A DNA stretch of 64,000 nucleotides from a virus (lineage: Duplodnaviria; Caudoviricetes): the IMG/VR virus record IMGVR_UViG_3300011008_000040, positions 8,738 to 72,737 of that record. The stretch is one strand, 5' to 3'. The notes under the pieces were generated by a model that saw only the letters and a program-made list of their open reading frames with translations, was not told the origin of the DNA and ran no database searches. Shown here one piece after another: positions 1-10,161 of the stretch. A program made the translations under genes and the position numbers. The first letter of the stretch is position 1, and every line of letters begins with the position of its first letter.

Positions 1-124
1 TTCTATAAACTTATGAATGTCAGACCAATATGTGTCTGCTGTTCTTTCCATATTAGTTAATAGTTCATCAACAATTTTGCCTCCGTGCTTGGAAATATAA
101 TCAGAATGGCTCATTTGCCTCACC

Positions 125-153
125 TCCTATATTAGGAGCTGTAAAACTTACGA
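125..153 (-). promoter_or_regulatory. Phage-specific promoter-like motif, copy 1
   Basis: TCGTAAGTTTTACA-GCTCCTAATATAGG followed by GGAGG RBS and an ORF running off the window edge. Confidence 0.6.
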
Positions 154-161
154 CTAATAAT

Positions 162-431
162 CTACCTAGAAAAATTCGTTATCACTCTTCCGTTCGCACA
201 ATAAAATCCGCCAACGTGGTGCACGCAATTCTGATGACAATAATATAGATTAGGAGCTTTCCAATCAGACACTTTATCTCCAAATTCACATTCATTACAG
301 CACACTATTGTCTTGCTCGGAATGGCACAAATATCATTAACTACTTTTTCACTATTTGTTTCAATGTATCCGAACACAGTTAATGAATCGATGTAGTTCA
401 AAACATCTTGTCTTTTTATATACTCGTTCAT
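162..431 (-). CDS. Hypothetical phage protein (YIKRxD, Cys-rich family)
   Basis: 89 aa, RBS, MNEYIKRQDVL start and C-terminal CxxC...FYCANG; paralogous to 16399..16662. Confidence 0.75.
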   Translation of the reverse strand: MNEYIKRQDVLNYIDSLTVFGYIETNSEKVVNDICAIPSKTIVCCNECEFGDKVSDWKAPNLYYCHQNCVHHVGGFYCANGRVITNFSR

Positions 432-445
432 TCAGATTTCCTTCT

Positions 446-495
446 CTTTAACTACAAAAAAAGAAATGGGAGCTGTATTTAGCTCTCCACTTCTT
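446..495 (-). terminator. Rho-independent terminator
   Basis: Minus strand GGAGAGC-TAAATACA-GCTCCC followed by ATTTCTTTTTTT. Confidence 0.55.
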
Positions 496-763
496 TTCTA
501 ATGATGTAATAATGATCTGTGATCTTATACCCATATTGATCGATATAGATAAGAGTCCAGCTATCTCCAGACCTCCAATCCTCGGCAATATCACGTTCAG
601 AGCAGAGACCGTCATTACGAGTATCGTGGGCTCTCTTAAACCCATCAAGAATTCGTCCGACTCTCTCCCGCTCAAAATAAACGCCAATAACCTGAATTGA
701 TTTGTCCGAATAATCTGGTGCCTTTATCGTGGTCATTTTCATAAGAATATAAACTTCGTTCAT
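479..763 (-). CDS. Hypothetical protein
   Basis: 94 aa ORF with GGAGG RBS, in operon orientation. Confidence 0.65.
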   Translation of the reverse strand: MNEVYILMKMTTIKAPDYSDKSIQVIGVYFERERVGRILDGFKRAHDTRNDGLCSERDIAEDWRSGDSWTLIYIDQYGYKITDHYYIIRKEVES

Positions 764-807
764 TTATTTCACCTCCATTTTAAGAGGTGTATAAATTACG
801 ATTTAGG

Positions 808-1110
808 CTAATTTGTGCATGTAATCTTATACGGATCAAAAGTTGGAGTGTCTCCAGGAATATTGACGTATCTGATTGGATTATCGACATACGGTGTTGT
901 ATGCAAAGCTACCTGATACTCAGCAGAATACTTTTTGCATGTTATGTACACCTCAACGATTTCTTTTGGAATGCTATCAAAATTACTAATATTTTCCAAA
1001 TATCTTTTTAACTCAGTCGTTCCTTTTTCATATGCGTCCCTATACTTACATACATTTCTGTGAAGGCATACCGAGCATTCTTTAATAAAAATATCGCATT
1101 CGTTTGTCAT
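808..1110 (-). CDS. Hypothetical Cys-rich protein
   Basis: 100 aa, CxxC..C motif, ATGA overlap with upstream ORF. Confidence 0.65.
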   Translation of the reverse strand: MTNECDIFIKECSVCLHRNVCKYRDAYEKGTTELKRYLENISNFDSIPKEIVEVYITCKKYSAEYQVALHTTPYVDNPIRYVNIPGDTPTFDPYKITCTN

Positions 1111-1340
1111 TTCACTTCCTCCTTTGGTGGATAAAGTAAACAGCTTAATCGCCTACAGCATTCAGGACAAATGTCAGGAACATGCTCATTAGGATAATTC
1201 AATGTAATAATTTGCTCGCAAATAATGCATGGCTTACCATAGGTCATACTGGGCTGCTTATTTGTAATGACTCGATTTTCTATTGAATCAGGAAAGCTCA
1301 TTGTGCAATCAAGAGTTCCTTCGTCTACAACTTCACTCAT
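1107..1340 (-). CDS. Small Zn-finger-like protein
   Basis: CIIC...CPEC; similar to 16205..16474; coupled by ATGA overlaps. Confidence 0.65.
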   Translation of the reverse strand: MSEVVDEGTLDCTMSFPDSIENRVITNKQPSMTYGKPCIICEQIITLNYPNEHVPDICPECCRRLSCLLYPPKEEVK

Positions 1341-1588
1341 TTGTCTATTCTCTCCACATAAATCATTTCGTGAGGACGTAAATCATCAACCTCTTTGAAT
1401 TCAAATGTTTCAAAGCGTTCAGGATGATTCTCTGGATCTTTGCAAGGTCCGTTTAATGCATATCTGGAATCGAAGGTATGAAGGCAATAACCACCTTTGC
1501 TTTTGCAACCCATTTTGCATTCCGGTTTCTTTTCATTACAAATATAACAGACCTTCTTAACTGGCTTGTTTCCTTTTAGTAGGCTCAA
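1337..1588 (-). CDS. Hypothetical Cys-rich protein
   Basis: 83 aa, ATGA overlaps on both sides. Confidence 0.6.
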   Translation of the reverse strand: MSLLKGNKPVKKVCYICNEKKPECKMGCKSKGGYCLHTFDSRYALNGPCKDPENHPERFETFEFKEVDDLRPHEMIYVERIDK

Positions 1589-1767
1589 CCATAGTCCTCC
1601 TCAATATCTTCTACTCCGGCTTCATAAATATCATTTCTCCACCAACCGATACTTACTTTGCCAGTAACAGTGTTTGTTAAAACCTGAACCGTACAATTTT
1701 CATAAATTTCTTCCTGGTCATAAACATCCATGTCTACAGACAGAATTTCTTCATCCTCATTCTCCAC
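1585..1767 (-). CDS. Small acidic hypothetical protein
   Basis: 60 aa, GTG start with AAGGAG RBS. Confidence 0.55.
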   Translation of the reverse strand: MENEDEEILSVDMDVYDQEEIYENCTVQVLTNTVTGKVSIGWWRNDIYEAGVEDIEEDYG

Positions 1768-2050
1768 TTGGATGGTACTCCTTTAAAACTATGTTTGCAC
1801 TGACACGGTCCATGCCGATGTTCTCAAGATTTTGATACGCCTGCTCTATCTCCTGCTCATTGCCACTGATTTTTGCAGACCATAAAATATCAATCAGATC
1901 CCTCAGCATTTTCGTTCTCTCTTTCTTTAAGTTCTTCCATTTTCTGTCTTACTTCTTCTCTCAGTTCTTGGTCTTCCCTTTTACGTCTCTCAACTAGTTT
2001 AAGATACTCTTTATTGGCGGTACTGATGAGCATCTTTTTAACCGCGTCTG

Positions 2051-2506
2051 TCATGATGATTTTTTCTTTTTAACTCTCCAAGTTTTTTCGTATTCTTCTT
2101 CTGCGGCTTTCTTGAGCCGTTCCATTTCTCTGCGAACTTTTACTTCTTCGATGGCAATAATTTGTTTGATATCGTTCTTATACTTAGAGTACGATGGGCC
2201 AAATATCTTTTTAAGTGTTGCTGCATAAATTCCGGCTTCATAACTAAACCAATCTCCATCCATGCATTTAACAACAGTCTTAGTTCCATCTGACCAGAAA
2301 ACTATTGTAGCCGGTTCATTAAATATAACCTTTTCAATACTTAATGAAACTTCTTTTATTTTGTCGCTTACTGCCAATAAATCAGTCACATTAGGAACGT
2401 TTCCAGTATGCTCAATAGGAATAAACATACCAGGTTTAATTTCTGCAAAAAATGCTTTATCATTATTTTCGTTAGGTCCCATATTACTCCTCTTTAACAG
2501 AAACAA
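2051..2506 (-). CDS. Conserved phage hypothetical protein
   Basis: KVIFNEPATIVFWSDGTKTVVKC motif recognised from phage proteins; true start probably at MGPNE. Confidence 0.75.
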   Translation of the reverse strand: MFLLKRSNMGPNENNDKAFFAEIKPGMFIPIEHTGNVPNVTDLLAVSDKIKEVSLSIEKVIFNEPATIVFWSDGTKTVVKCMDGDWFSYEAGIYAATLKKIFGPSYSKYKNDIKQIIAIEEVKVRREMERLKKAAEEEYEKTWRVKKKKSS

Positions 2507-2674
2507 TTTCTACAAGTTCTGTAGGTATGCCGCTATTGTCTGAATCAATGACAACAGCGTCAACGCCGATGGAATTGTCAGGCTTACCAAATATAATGTT
2601 ATTAGGCTTAGGTTCTTCACGTTCTACTACGTTCTGCTTCTTTCTGACTTTAATTACTTTCAATTTTGTTCTCC

Positions 2675-3112
2675 TTAATCAAGAAACATCTCTGGAGTCT
2701 TCTTAATATTAAGATCTACAGGAATCGGGAAATGGAGGTCTCTAAGTCTGGCAAAATATAACACTATCCATTCTCCGTCGCCAAGAATCACGTTCTCAAA
2801 CTGATAACCATTCCAGTAATCAGCAGAAATATAAATGTTGTCCTTAACGATTCCATCTCCTGTGAAGTTCGCTTTAATGATGAGAATATAATCACCGGTG
2901 TCATCTGCACTAGGATTTCCGGTCTTCCACAATTCATTTTTACCGTGGACAATCTTTACATGCATGTTCTTTTGCTCATCGCAAATCATGTCTTCGGCCA
3001 TTTCAAGACCATCGACAAAGCCTTCAACATACATTGAGTCCTTCGTGACTTTCGTTTTCATCATTAATCGAGCTTCTTGAATCTTTTTTAACACTCTGGT
3101 TGCCACACTCAT
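2675..3112 (-). CDS. Hypothetical protein
   Basis: 145 aa with GGAGG RBS. Confidence 0.7.
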   Translation of the reverse strand: MSVATRVLKKIQEARLMMKTKVTKDSMYVEGFVDGLEMAEDMICDEQKNMHVKIVHGKNELWKTGNPSADDTGDYILIIKANFTGDGIVKDNIYISADYWNGYQFENVILGDGEWIVLYFARLRDLHFPIPVDLNIKKTPEMFLD

Positions 3113-3286
3113 AAATATCCCTCCTATCTCTTATTTCTATACAATCATAGACCTTTGCCGTTGTTGGTCTTATATATCGTATCTTGCTATCGGGAAGAGC
3201 CAATCTAATTGCAATAATACTCATTACAACAACAGCTGTAACGAGCAGGAGAATAGCTATTATTGCAATAATATCAGTCAGTTTCA

Positions 3287-3877
3287 TTAGAATGGGAGAT
3301 CGCTGTCGTCCTCATCCATTGGTGAAGCAAAATTGCCAGACGGACCACCAATAATCGGGATTCCTGCAAACTCTTCATTGTTATCGAAATCATCTTCCCG
3401 AATATAAACAATAAGCTTATTCAGATATGCTGCAATTCCAACATTAGGACCTTTTTCATAAGTGCAAAGAGCTACTTTCACGTCAGCCCGCTCAATGAAC
3501 TCATGGTCAAGATTTCCTACTGTATCAATATCAAGCTGCATTTTTCCTCTTGGAACAACTCTCCAAATTGCTTCCGGGGCAATTTTTCCGAATGTAATTT
3601 TGAGAGAGTAGCTAGGTTCCCCTTCTCCGTCTTGAGGAAGCCGAGTCTTAATATTGCAACCTCTGATCACATTACCCTTGGTGCCATGAAGCTCAACATT
3701 GCGAAGATCTTCAGCCATTTCCTGAGTAAGTTCAATGCTGAAATATCTTTTTCCAATCGGGTTTCCCTGAGAATCCTGACCAACTGGGGCATTATACTCA
3801 CCTACTGCACCAGAGAAATTTCTCCAGGTTCCCGGAAGGATGCGGACGTTTTTAAATACTTTCATTACAGATGACAT
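3287..3877 (-). CDS. Putative single-stranded DNA-binding protein
   Basis: 196 aa with acidic tail ending DDDSDLPF; located in the replication module. Confidence 0.65.
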   Translation of the reverse strand: MSSVMKVFKNVRILPGTWRNFSGAVGEYNAPVGQDSQGNPIGKRYFSIELTQEMAEDLRNVELHGTKGNVIRGCNIKTRLPQDGEGEPSYSLKITFGKIAPEAIWRVVPRGKMQLDIDTVGNLDHEFIERADVKVALCTYEKGPNVGIAAYLNKLIVYIREDDFDNNEEFAGIPIIGGPSGNFASPMDEDDSDLPF

Positions 3878-4193
3878 TTTTTAATCTCCTATTTTTTATA
3901 TTTTTAAATATAATTATGAGGCGGATGCAGTATCTCAGTACTAGCTTAATCCACCTCGTTTATTTCTTTTTGCGTTCTTCGCGTTTTGTTGGCAGCATAA
4001 CAATACCCTTTTCGAGATACTTAAGCTGCCTTGAATGATTAAGCTGATTATGCCTCCGTGCTTTCTGAGCCATTACTGTTCTTCCTTTCATAAATATAAA
4101 TGTAAGCCATACCAAGCACAGCCGCAATGACAATCAAACTTGCAATGCAGCATGTGAAAATATCAAGGAACCGCATACCAGTAAAGAATTTAA

Positions 4194-4583
4194 TCATCTT
4201 TTATACCTCTCTGTGAATGGAGGATAAGTTTCTCCAGCGTATTCATGGATCTCCTTATCCATTTTCTCAGTTGACCACCAATAATCCTTATCGTTGTTTT
4301 CTTCTCGATCAAAATCAAACAAATCGCCATACTCTTTTGCGATTTCAGTAATTGACTCCATCATCTGAGTGCAAATATCACCATTGATGATGCCCATACG
4401 ACCAAGAGCTAAAATTGCCATATCAATTCCATATGCAGTTCCATTGTCTAGGCCTTCATTGTATGCTTTCTGTCTGATTGGATCGAACTTCTCAGTCACA
4501 AATTTATTAAGGAGAGCAGCAAAATATCTATCGTGGTCCGCTTTAGTATAGAATGCGGCATAGAATTTATTCTTCGGCGCCAT
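4194..4583 (-). CDS. Hypothetical protein
   Basis: 129 aa with AGGAG RBS. Confidence 0.7.
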   Translation of the reverse strand: MAPKNKFYAAFYTKADHDRYFAALLNKFVTEKFDPIRQKAYNEGLDNGTAYGIDMAILALGRMGIINGDICTQMMESITEIAKEYGDLFDFDREENNDKDYWWSTEKMDKEIHEYAGETYPPFTERYKR

Positions 4584-4742
4584 TTTCTGACTCCTTTTTC
4601 ATATATCTGCTTCGCTCATAATCTATAAGATCCTTACAAGTTTTACAGAGATATACGTCATGATTAATTTCGTCTTTGTAAAGAGGACCATGTGAATCGC
4701 CACAAACCCGACACTTTACAACAGTTGATTGAAGTTTGTTTT

Positions 4743-4949
4743 TCATTTAGTCTCCTTAAATATCCATATGACTGCACCGAGAATACAAGCTAGTTCGTGG
4801 TCAGACAAATCCGTTTTTCTATTAATAATTGGCCCGACAGTGCTTGTAGCAGTCATTAATGTTTGAGGTAATCCAATCACTATTCTATTTCGGCGCTTAC
4901 TATATTCAATGCTGTACCCATCATTTGTGCTAAGGAAATCAGCCATCAA
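4743..4949 (-). CDS. Hypothetical protein
   Basis: 68 aa with GAGGAG RBS. Confidence 0.55.
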   Translation of the reverse strand: MMADFLSTNDGYSIEYSKRRNRIVIGLPQTLMTATSTVGPIINRKTDLSDHELACILGAVIWIFKETK

Positions 4950-4950
4950 A

Positions 4951-5142
4951 CTACTCCTCTTCCTGTAATGGGCAATAACCAGAATGCCGGAAATTCGCCA
5001 TTGATACAGGATAGGGATATGGTGGATCAGCTTCTTTCAGTTCTTTTGTCAACCTTGCTCGAAAACATTCCTTTGGGCAAATATCACTATTGTAATTAGA
5101 GCAATGACAGAAATCACTATGGTCATACTTAAATTGGTTCAT
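4951..5142 (-). CDS. Small Cys-rich hypothetical protein
   Basis: 63 aa, CHC..CP..CFR..CP. Confidence 0.55.
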   Translation of the reverse strand: MNQFKYDHSDFCHCSNYNSDICPKECFRARLTKELKEADPPYPYPVSMANFRHSGYCPLQEEE

Positions 5143-5327
5143 TTTTATTCTCCGATGGATAATATTTTTTAATTATTTCTTCATCATAATAAGGACAATT
5201 GCTCCATCTTTTATAGCATCTGTCGCACCCATTTGGAGCTTTACAGGATACTCCATGATCTCTTAAAAGAAAATAAAACTTACACCTACTTTTTACATTA
5301 GGACTCCAATCTGGCCAATATCCTTCT

Positions 5328-5756
5328 TTAAGTATCTTTTTTATTTTCCTCACTTTGAAGTTCCTTTTCCATAGACTCAATCATCCAATCCAAATATACT
5401 CTGGCTTTTTTCAGATCTTCGAGGCCATTCTTTTCACGGAATCTCCAAATGTACTTAAGAACATTCCCTTTACAGTAATCTTGAAAACCAGAAGGAGGCA
5501 TTGATGCTTCAATTGCTTTGATGCACTCAATACCTCCCTGTGTATAGTGGTTCGGATGATTGACATTGTCATGGGATATCCCTTTTACCTTTGTTTTATT
5601 TGGAACATCCTGATCATTATAAACAGAAGCCGAGTCTTTTTCTTTTGGAATAAATCGTGAGTTTGGTATGTTATTCAAACACTCATGCTCACGATCTCCA
5701 TAACAAGTTCTTCCAAAATTTAAACATTCATTGCATAACTCGAAAATATCAATCAT
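5328..5756 (-). CDS. DUF3310-like protein (T7 gp1.7-like nucleotide kinase family)
   Basis: DNVNHPNHYTQGGIECI...GNVLKYIWR...KNGLEDLKKA signature. Confidence 0.8.
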   Translation of the reverse strand: MIDIFELCNECLNFGRTCYGDREHECLNNIPNSRFIPKEKDSASVYNDQDVPNKTKVKGISHDNVNHPNHYTQGGIECIKAIEASMPPSGFQDYCKGNVLKYIWRFREKNGLEDLKKARVYLDWMIESMEKELQSEENKKDT

Positions 5757-5762
5757 CTCCTT

Positions 5763-8700
5763 TTAGCTTGAAAACCATTCAAAGTCACCGAACTTGCCTA
5801 TTGTTTCAATGGCATCGTCAACTAATGAAATATAAAATGTCTCGTCAATGTCATTCTCACGGCCTTGTTCTTTGACCACTTCTGATTCCAGCCAACGATA
5901 TCCAAGCGCTCCGGCGGTCGAAGCATATTTGCCATTTTCCCCACGAACCAACACTCCGCCACCACGTCCCTTTTTAATTGGACAGAATTGGCCTGTTTTT
6001 CCAATGAATTGATAACAATGATGTCTGGCAATTTCTTCTTTGAGGTCTTCAATCGTATAATTAGACAAGTCGAAATTCAATTTTCGAACTTTTTCAGGAT
6101 GCGCAGCGTTATACTCTCTGGTTGCCAACTCTTTCGCAAACACTTCATCATCAGGAAGATTTTCATTAAAGTCCAAATATAACGCTGAAGTTGTGTTTAC
6201 AGTTTCGCACATGTCTGAAAACTCAATAGGCTCTTTACTGAAAAGCTTCTTAAAGACATAAGGAACTGCAAATTGCTTTCCGGTTGCTGTCCATTGACCT
6301 GGACTTTCTTCATCATCAGCTGCACACTTAGCAATATAAACAGCATTGTTAACTAAGCAGATCTTTTCAAATTTATGTTCAACTTCAAACGTATAGCCAT
6401 AACGTTTGCCAAAGTTAAGAATATAATTCTGAAGATCTTTTGACGGATTGGCTACTTTTATACTATCTGTTTTGATATGGATAACCTCTCCGCCCCTAGC
6501 AATTACTTCACTAAGCAAGTCGATCATGAATAATGCTCCACGCTTGGCAACAATATTATCTTTATTCCGCACATCTCTAAATGGACTTTTATATCCATCT
6601 CGTTCTGTCTGAGCAGTTAAACCATATACACTGTTAATGACAATTTTCAGAGCATTTGACAAAGCTTTAGGATTACTGTCAGCCGTAAGATACTTTGCAA
6701 GTTTACCGCCAAACATCTTTCCAGCTCTCTCATAATCCTTATGCTTAATCGCAATTCGAGCTTCCATTAAGTCATTGAAAATATCAGTGTACTCACCAAA
6801 CAAGTATTCGGAGGTAATACTATGCGGGTGCATTGATGCTACGTCATAGGTAATTACATTCTGATACATTCCTGGCTTTGCCCAAACGAAACCGCCTTCA
6901 CCTGCAAATTGACCTTTGTATGATGACCTTTCATCTTTTGGCTTGGAAATATCAAATGTATAGCCTTCAAAGTATGGCAGCAGACTCTTTGCTTCGCCAT
7001 GTGGTTCAGCCATCATTTCAGGAAAATTCTTCCTGAGGAATTTTTCCATATTAGGATCTAAATCAAATATAGGTTCGGCAAGATTCCTGTAATGGAAATG
7101 AGACTGAGGCTGCTTATTGGTTCCAAATATCAATTTTGCAGATAAAGCATTAGTCGTATCATTGATTGCACCTTCTGCCAAATCAGCAAGAATTTCTCTG
7201 GCTAAGAAGTCCCCTTGAAGATGTTTCCACAATGCTTCTGTAGCGATAACGTCATTAAGACAATACTTAGCAACTTCATCCCACATATCGTCTGGAACAG
7301 GTTGATCCCATCTTAGGCCAAGTTCCTGATGATGCTGTCCTAATTCAATTTCCCATTTTTTCAATCCTTGCTTTTTTGCAGGAAATTCAAGCGTATCGGC
7401 ATAATGAATATTCCATGCGCTTCCAATATATCCATCTCGATTGTTTGATGTTATTTTGGAAGAACGTTTAAATACTTCAGGTATGCTGTCTCCTAAAATA
7501 ATTCCAGCAGCTATATGATTGTCGTAAGACCTTGTATTATGACCTACAAGTTTATACTTCAATAGCTGCTCTATAATTTTTGGAGAAGGATTTAAAATAT
7601 AATGAGGATCTTTATCAACAGCTTTGTATGCTACCAGATTTCCATTAGGAAATACTTCGAAGTCCCAGATAACAATGTCGTCACTTGCATAACCAGTGAA
7701 CACATTATTATCCAATGGCGCCTCTGACTTAAATTTCATTTGCGGGATTAAAGCCATACATTCCTGAGCATGATGAGTACTCCTTCCGGCAAATGTTGTG
7801 AGAGCAGGCCTCATATCACTTACGTCATAATCCATTCCACTTTCATAAGCATCATCAAGAATTTTCTTAATGAATTTAACGCTTGTAACAGTTGCATGTG
7901 GGGGATACTCTTTTAACATACTTCGCCGAATGACAGTTCTTATTGCTGTTTCATTTTTTAATCCGTCAAAATTTATCACTTTTTTCTCTTCTTTTATTGG
8001 CAATCCGCTGCTTATGCTTGCTATAGGAATATCATTGCAACGAATTACTTTTCTTCTTAGGGAACTCTTACCTGTAAATACTTTAACTTCGATGCCATCT
8101 TCATAGATTCGACTTAGGTCATCGGCATTTCCGCCAGTGTAAATATAAGTAAGATGAAGCCCTTGACCTCCTTTACTTACTTCAGCATATGTCTTTGGCC
8201 ATTTAGATGCTGCTTCGATATTACGTTCAAGAGATTTGTTCCCTTCTCTATCACGAAGATCAAAGTCAATTACAATCCAATTTTTATACTCGTCGGGAAA
8301 AAACAAATAGTGAAGCTTATCAGTTGAAATATCACTTAACTTTGTCTTCACTTTGTCCCATGGTTTAATTGGAGTTTCATCTTCTTTAGCATACTGTGCA
8401 GGCCAATCCTTACAAATATCATCCATTAACGAATGCGTGCAATTCAAATCAAGCCAGTTGTCAGACTTCTGTGCAGGCTCTTTTTTCTCATCTTTTGTCT
8501 TCTTGGGAGATGTCTCTGCTGCATCCATAACAACATTTGTAAATTTATCAGTTATGAAACCTTTGTACACATTCCAGGCTCGAGCACCTGTTTCATCGAC
8601 AGCATCCCGCTCTACAAATTCTTTAAAATATGATTTCAATTCTTCTTTAAATACACGCTGCTGATAACGAAACGGCACCCTTGCATCATCGCAGTACTTA

Positions 8701-9851
8701 TTATACCGTTCCCATGCTATCTTTAACGTCGTTCCATTTTCATTTTTGAATTGCTCATAATATTCAAGAACAAAGTTGTAGAAGTCATTCGATGCTCCAA
8801 TCATTGACGTCGGAATGTAGTCATCATAATATTTCGGATCTTCCTGATAAATATCAAGACAATGCTTTGCAATGCCGCCAAGCTCAAACTTAATCTTAGC
8901 CATTAATTTGTCATACTCAGATCTAGGAACTTTCTTGCCTGATGGAGAAACGTCTATCAACCTTCGTATAATACCTGACTTTGAGTCTGTGATCTTGACG
9001 GGTTTATTTGTTCCCATAAATAAAAAGCTGTTAAACTGCATAGTGTAAGCAGTTTTGAACTTCTCATTCACTACCATTAATTCATGAGCTACAAGACTAT
9101 TAAGCCGAGTATTATCTTCAATTCTACTTAGGTCACCGTCATGCTGTATTGCAACAAGAGGATTTGACTTAAATGCCTCGAGTGCAAACACGTTTGTCGC
9201 TGATCCAAGCGCTCGTGAATCAAAAATTGAAAAATATCCATCGAACAAATCCTGCATAATGTTAAGCACAGTTGACTTACCTGTTTTTGGAGCACCATAC
9301 ATCACAATAAATTTTTGAATATACTTTGAATCACCGGACACAACAGCTCCTATTGCCCATTCAAGCTTATGACGCTCCTCCGGTGCATACAGCACATTCA
9401 TTAATTCATTCCATGCAGAAATATCACATTCTTCCAATGGATACTTTAATTTCTTACTTGCATAATCAGCCTTGGTAGTTTCAGTGTTTGAGAAAACCAA
9501 TTTTTCATCAAGGGGAACAAAGTTGTCTCGGCATTGATTTCTAAGATAGCTGTGCCATTTATCGACCATCTTATTGTCGCCATCCCACATATACAGGACA
9601 TTAACATCTTTTGCTTCGGGATGATCTTTTTTGAATTTCTCAGCATAAATATCAAGCTCACGGTCAATAAGATTTAATGCAGTTTGCTCAACCGTCGACC
9701 ACAAATGATGTTCTTCATCCCAAACAGCGTAGAAATCTCCGCCTCGAATCATTACATCTGAGTTTAATCCTACTATGAATTTCGGATAGATTTCATATAC
9801 ATCTTTCCCCGGTTTTGCCTTTCTAAACCAAGGTTTCATAAAATCAGGCAT
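5763..9851 (-). CDS. Multifunctional replicase: SF3 helicase + primase-polymerase-like domain + 3'-5' exonuclease + family B DNA polymerase
   Basis: Walker A GAPKTGKS; AEP-like DFD and GQGLH; Exo WDFEVF, HNTRSYD, YCLND; PolB YDVASMHP, KIVINSVYG, KTDS. Confidence 0.85.
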   Translation of the reverse strand: MPDFMKPWFRKAKPGKDVYEIYPKFIVGLNSDVMIRGGDFYAVWDEEHHLWSTVEQTALNLIDRELDIYAEKFKKDHPEAKDVNVLYMWDGDNKMVDKWHSYLRNQCRDNFVPLDEKLVFSNTETTKADYASKKLKYPLEECDISAWNELMNVLYAPEERHKLEWAIGAVVSGDSKYIQKFIVMYGAPKTGKSTVLNIMQDLFDGYFSIFDSRALGSATNVFALEAFKSNPLVAIQHDGDLSRIEDNTRLNSLVAHELMVVNEKFKTAYTMQFNSFLFMGTNKPVKITDSKSGIIRRLIDVSPSGKKVPRSEYDKLMAKIKFELGGIAKHCLDIYQEDPKYYDDYIPTSMIGASNDFYNFVLEYYEQFKNENGTTLKIAWERYNKYCDDARVPFRYQQRVFKEELKSYFKEFVERDAVDETGARAWNVYKGFITDKFTNVVMDAAETSPKKTKDEKKEPAQKSDNWLDLNCTHSLMDDICKDWPAQYAKEDETPIKPWDKVKTKLSDISTDKLHYLFFPDEYKNWIVIDFDLRDREGNKSLERNIEAASKWPKTYAEVSKGGQGLHLTYIYTGGNADDLSRIYEDGIEVKVFTGKSSLRRKVIRCNDIPIASISSGLPIKEEKKVINFDGLKNETAIRTVIRRSMLKEYPPHATVTSVKFIKKILDDAYESGMDYDVSDMRPALTTFAGRSTHHAQECMALIPQMKFKSEAPLDNNVFTGYASDDIVIWDFEVFPNGNLVAYKAVDKDPHYILNPSPKIIEQLLKYKLVGHNTRSYDNHIAAGIILGDSIPEVFKRSSKITSNNRDGYIGSAWNIHYADTLEFPAKKQGLKKWEIELGQHHQELGLRWDQPVPDDMWDEVAKYCLNDVIATEALWKHLQGDFLAREILADLAEGAINDTTNALSAKLIFGTNKQPQSHFHYRNLAEPIFDLDPNMEKFLRKNFPEMMAEPHGEAKSLLPYFEGYTFDISKPKDERSSYKGQFAGEGGFVWAKPGMYQNVITYDVASMHPHSITSEYLFGEYTDIFNDLMEARIAIKHKDYERAGKMFGGKLAKYLTADSNPKALSNALKIVINSVYGLTAQTERDGYKSPFRDVRNKDNIVAKRGALFMIDLLSEVIARGGEVIHIKTDSIKVANPSKDLQNYILNFGKRYGYTFEVEHKFEKICLVNNAVYIAKCAADDEESPGQWTATGKQFAVPYVFKKLFSKEPIEFSDMCETVNTTSALYLDFNENLPDDEVFAKELATREYNAAHPEKVRKLNFDLSNYTIEDLKEEIARHHCYQFIGKTGQFCPIKKGRGGGVLVRGENGKYASTAGALGYRWLESEVVKEQGRENDIDETFYISLVDDAIETIGKFGDFEWFSS

Positions 9852-9892
9852 TACATGTTAATTCCCCTTTCTCCGAAATATCAAAGAGGAAC

Positions 9893-10138
9893 TTATTCTT
9901 CAGTCTTCCCCTCTGTGTCTTCTTTAAATACGACGGTTCCGGACTTATTTTCAATCTCAACTTTTTTCCCCAACCGTCTTTTAACAGCTTTTACGATGCC
10001 AATTCCAACATTAATAGTAAAAATAGCCGAGAATACGCCCATGGTCATTCCATAACCGAAATCCTTACCAAGTTTCTTTACTTGCTTTGCTGTCATCATC
10101 GGAAACTCAATTTCAAATACATATTTCTCGTTTTCCAT
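9893..10138 (-). CDS. Small membrane protein
   Basis: 81 aa, one hydrophobic segment, AGGAG RBS. Confidence 0.6.
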   Translation of the reverse strand: MENEKYVFEIEFPMMTAKQVKKLGKDFGYGMTMGVFSAIFTINVGIGIVKAVKRRLGKKVEIENKSGTVVFKEDTEGKTEE

Positions 10139-10161
10139 TTCTTATTCTCCTTTTAAATATA

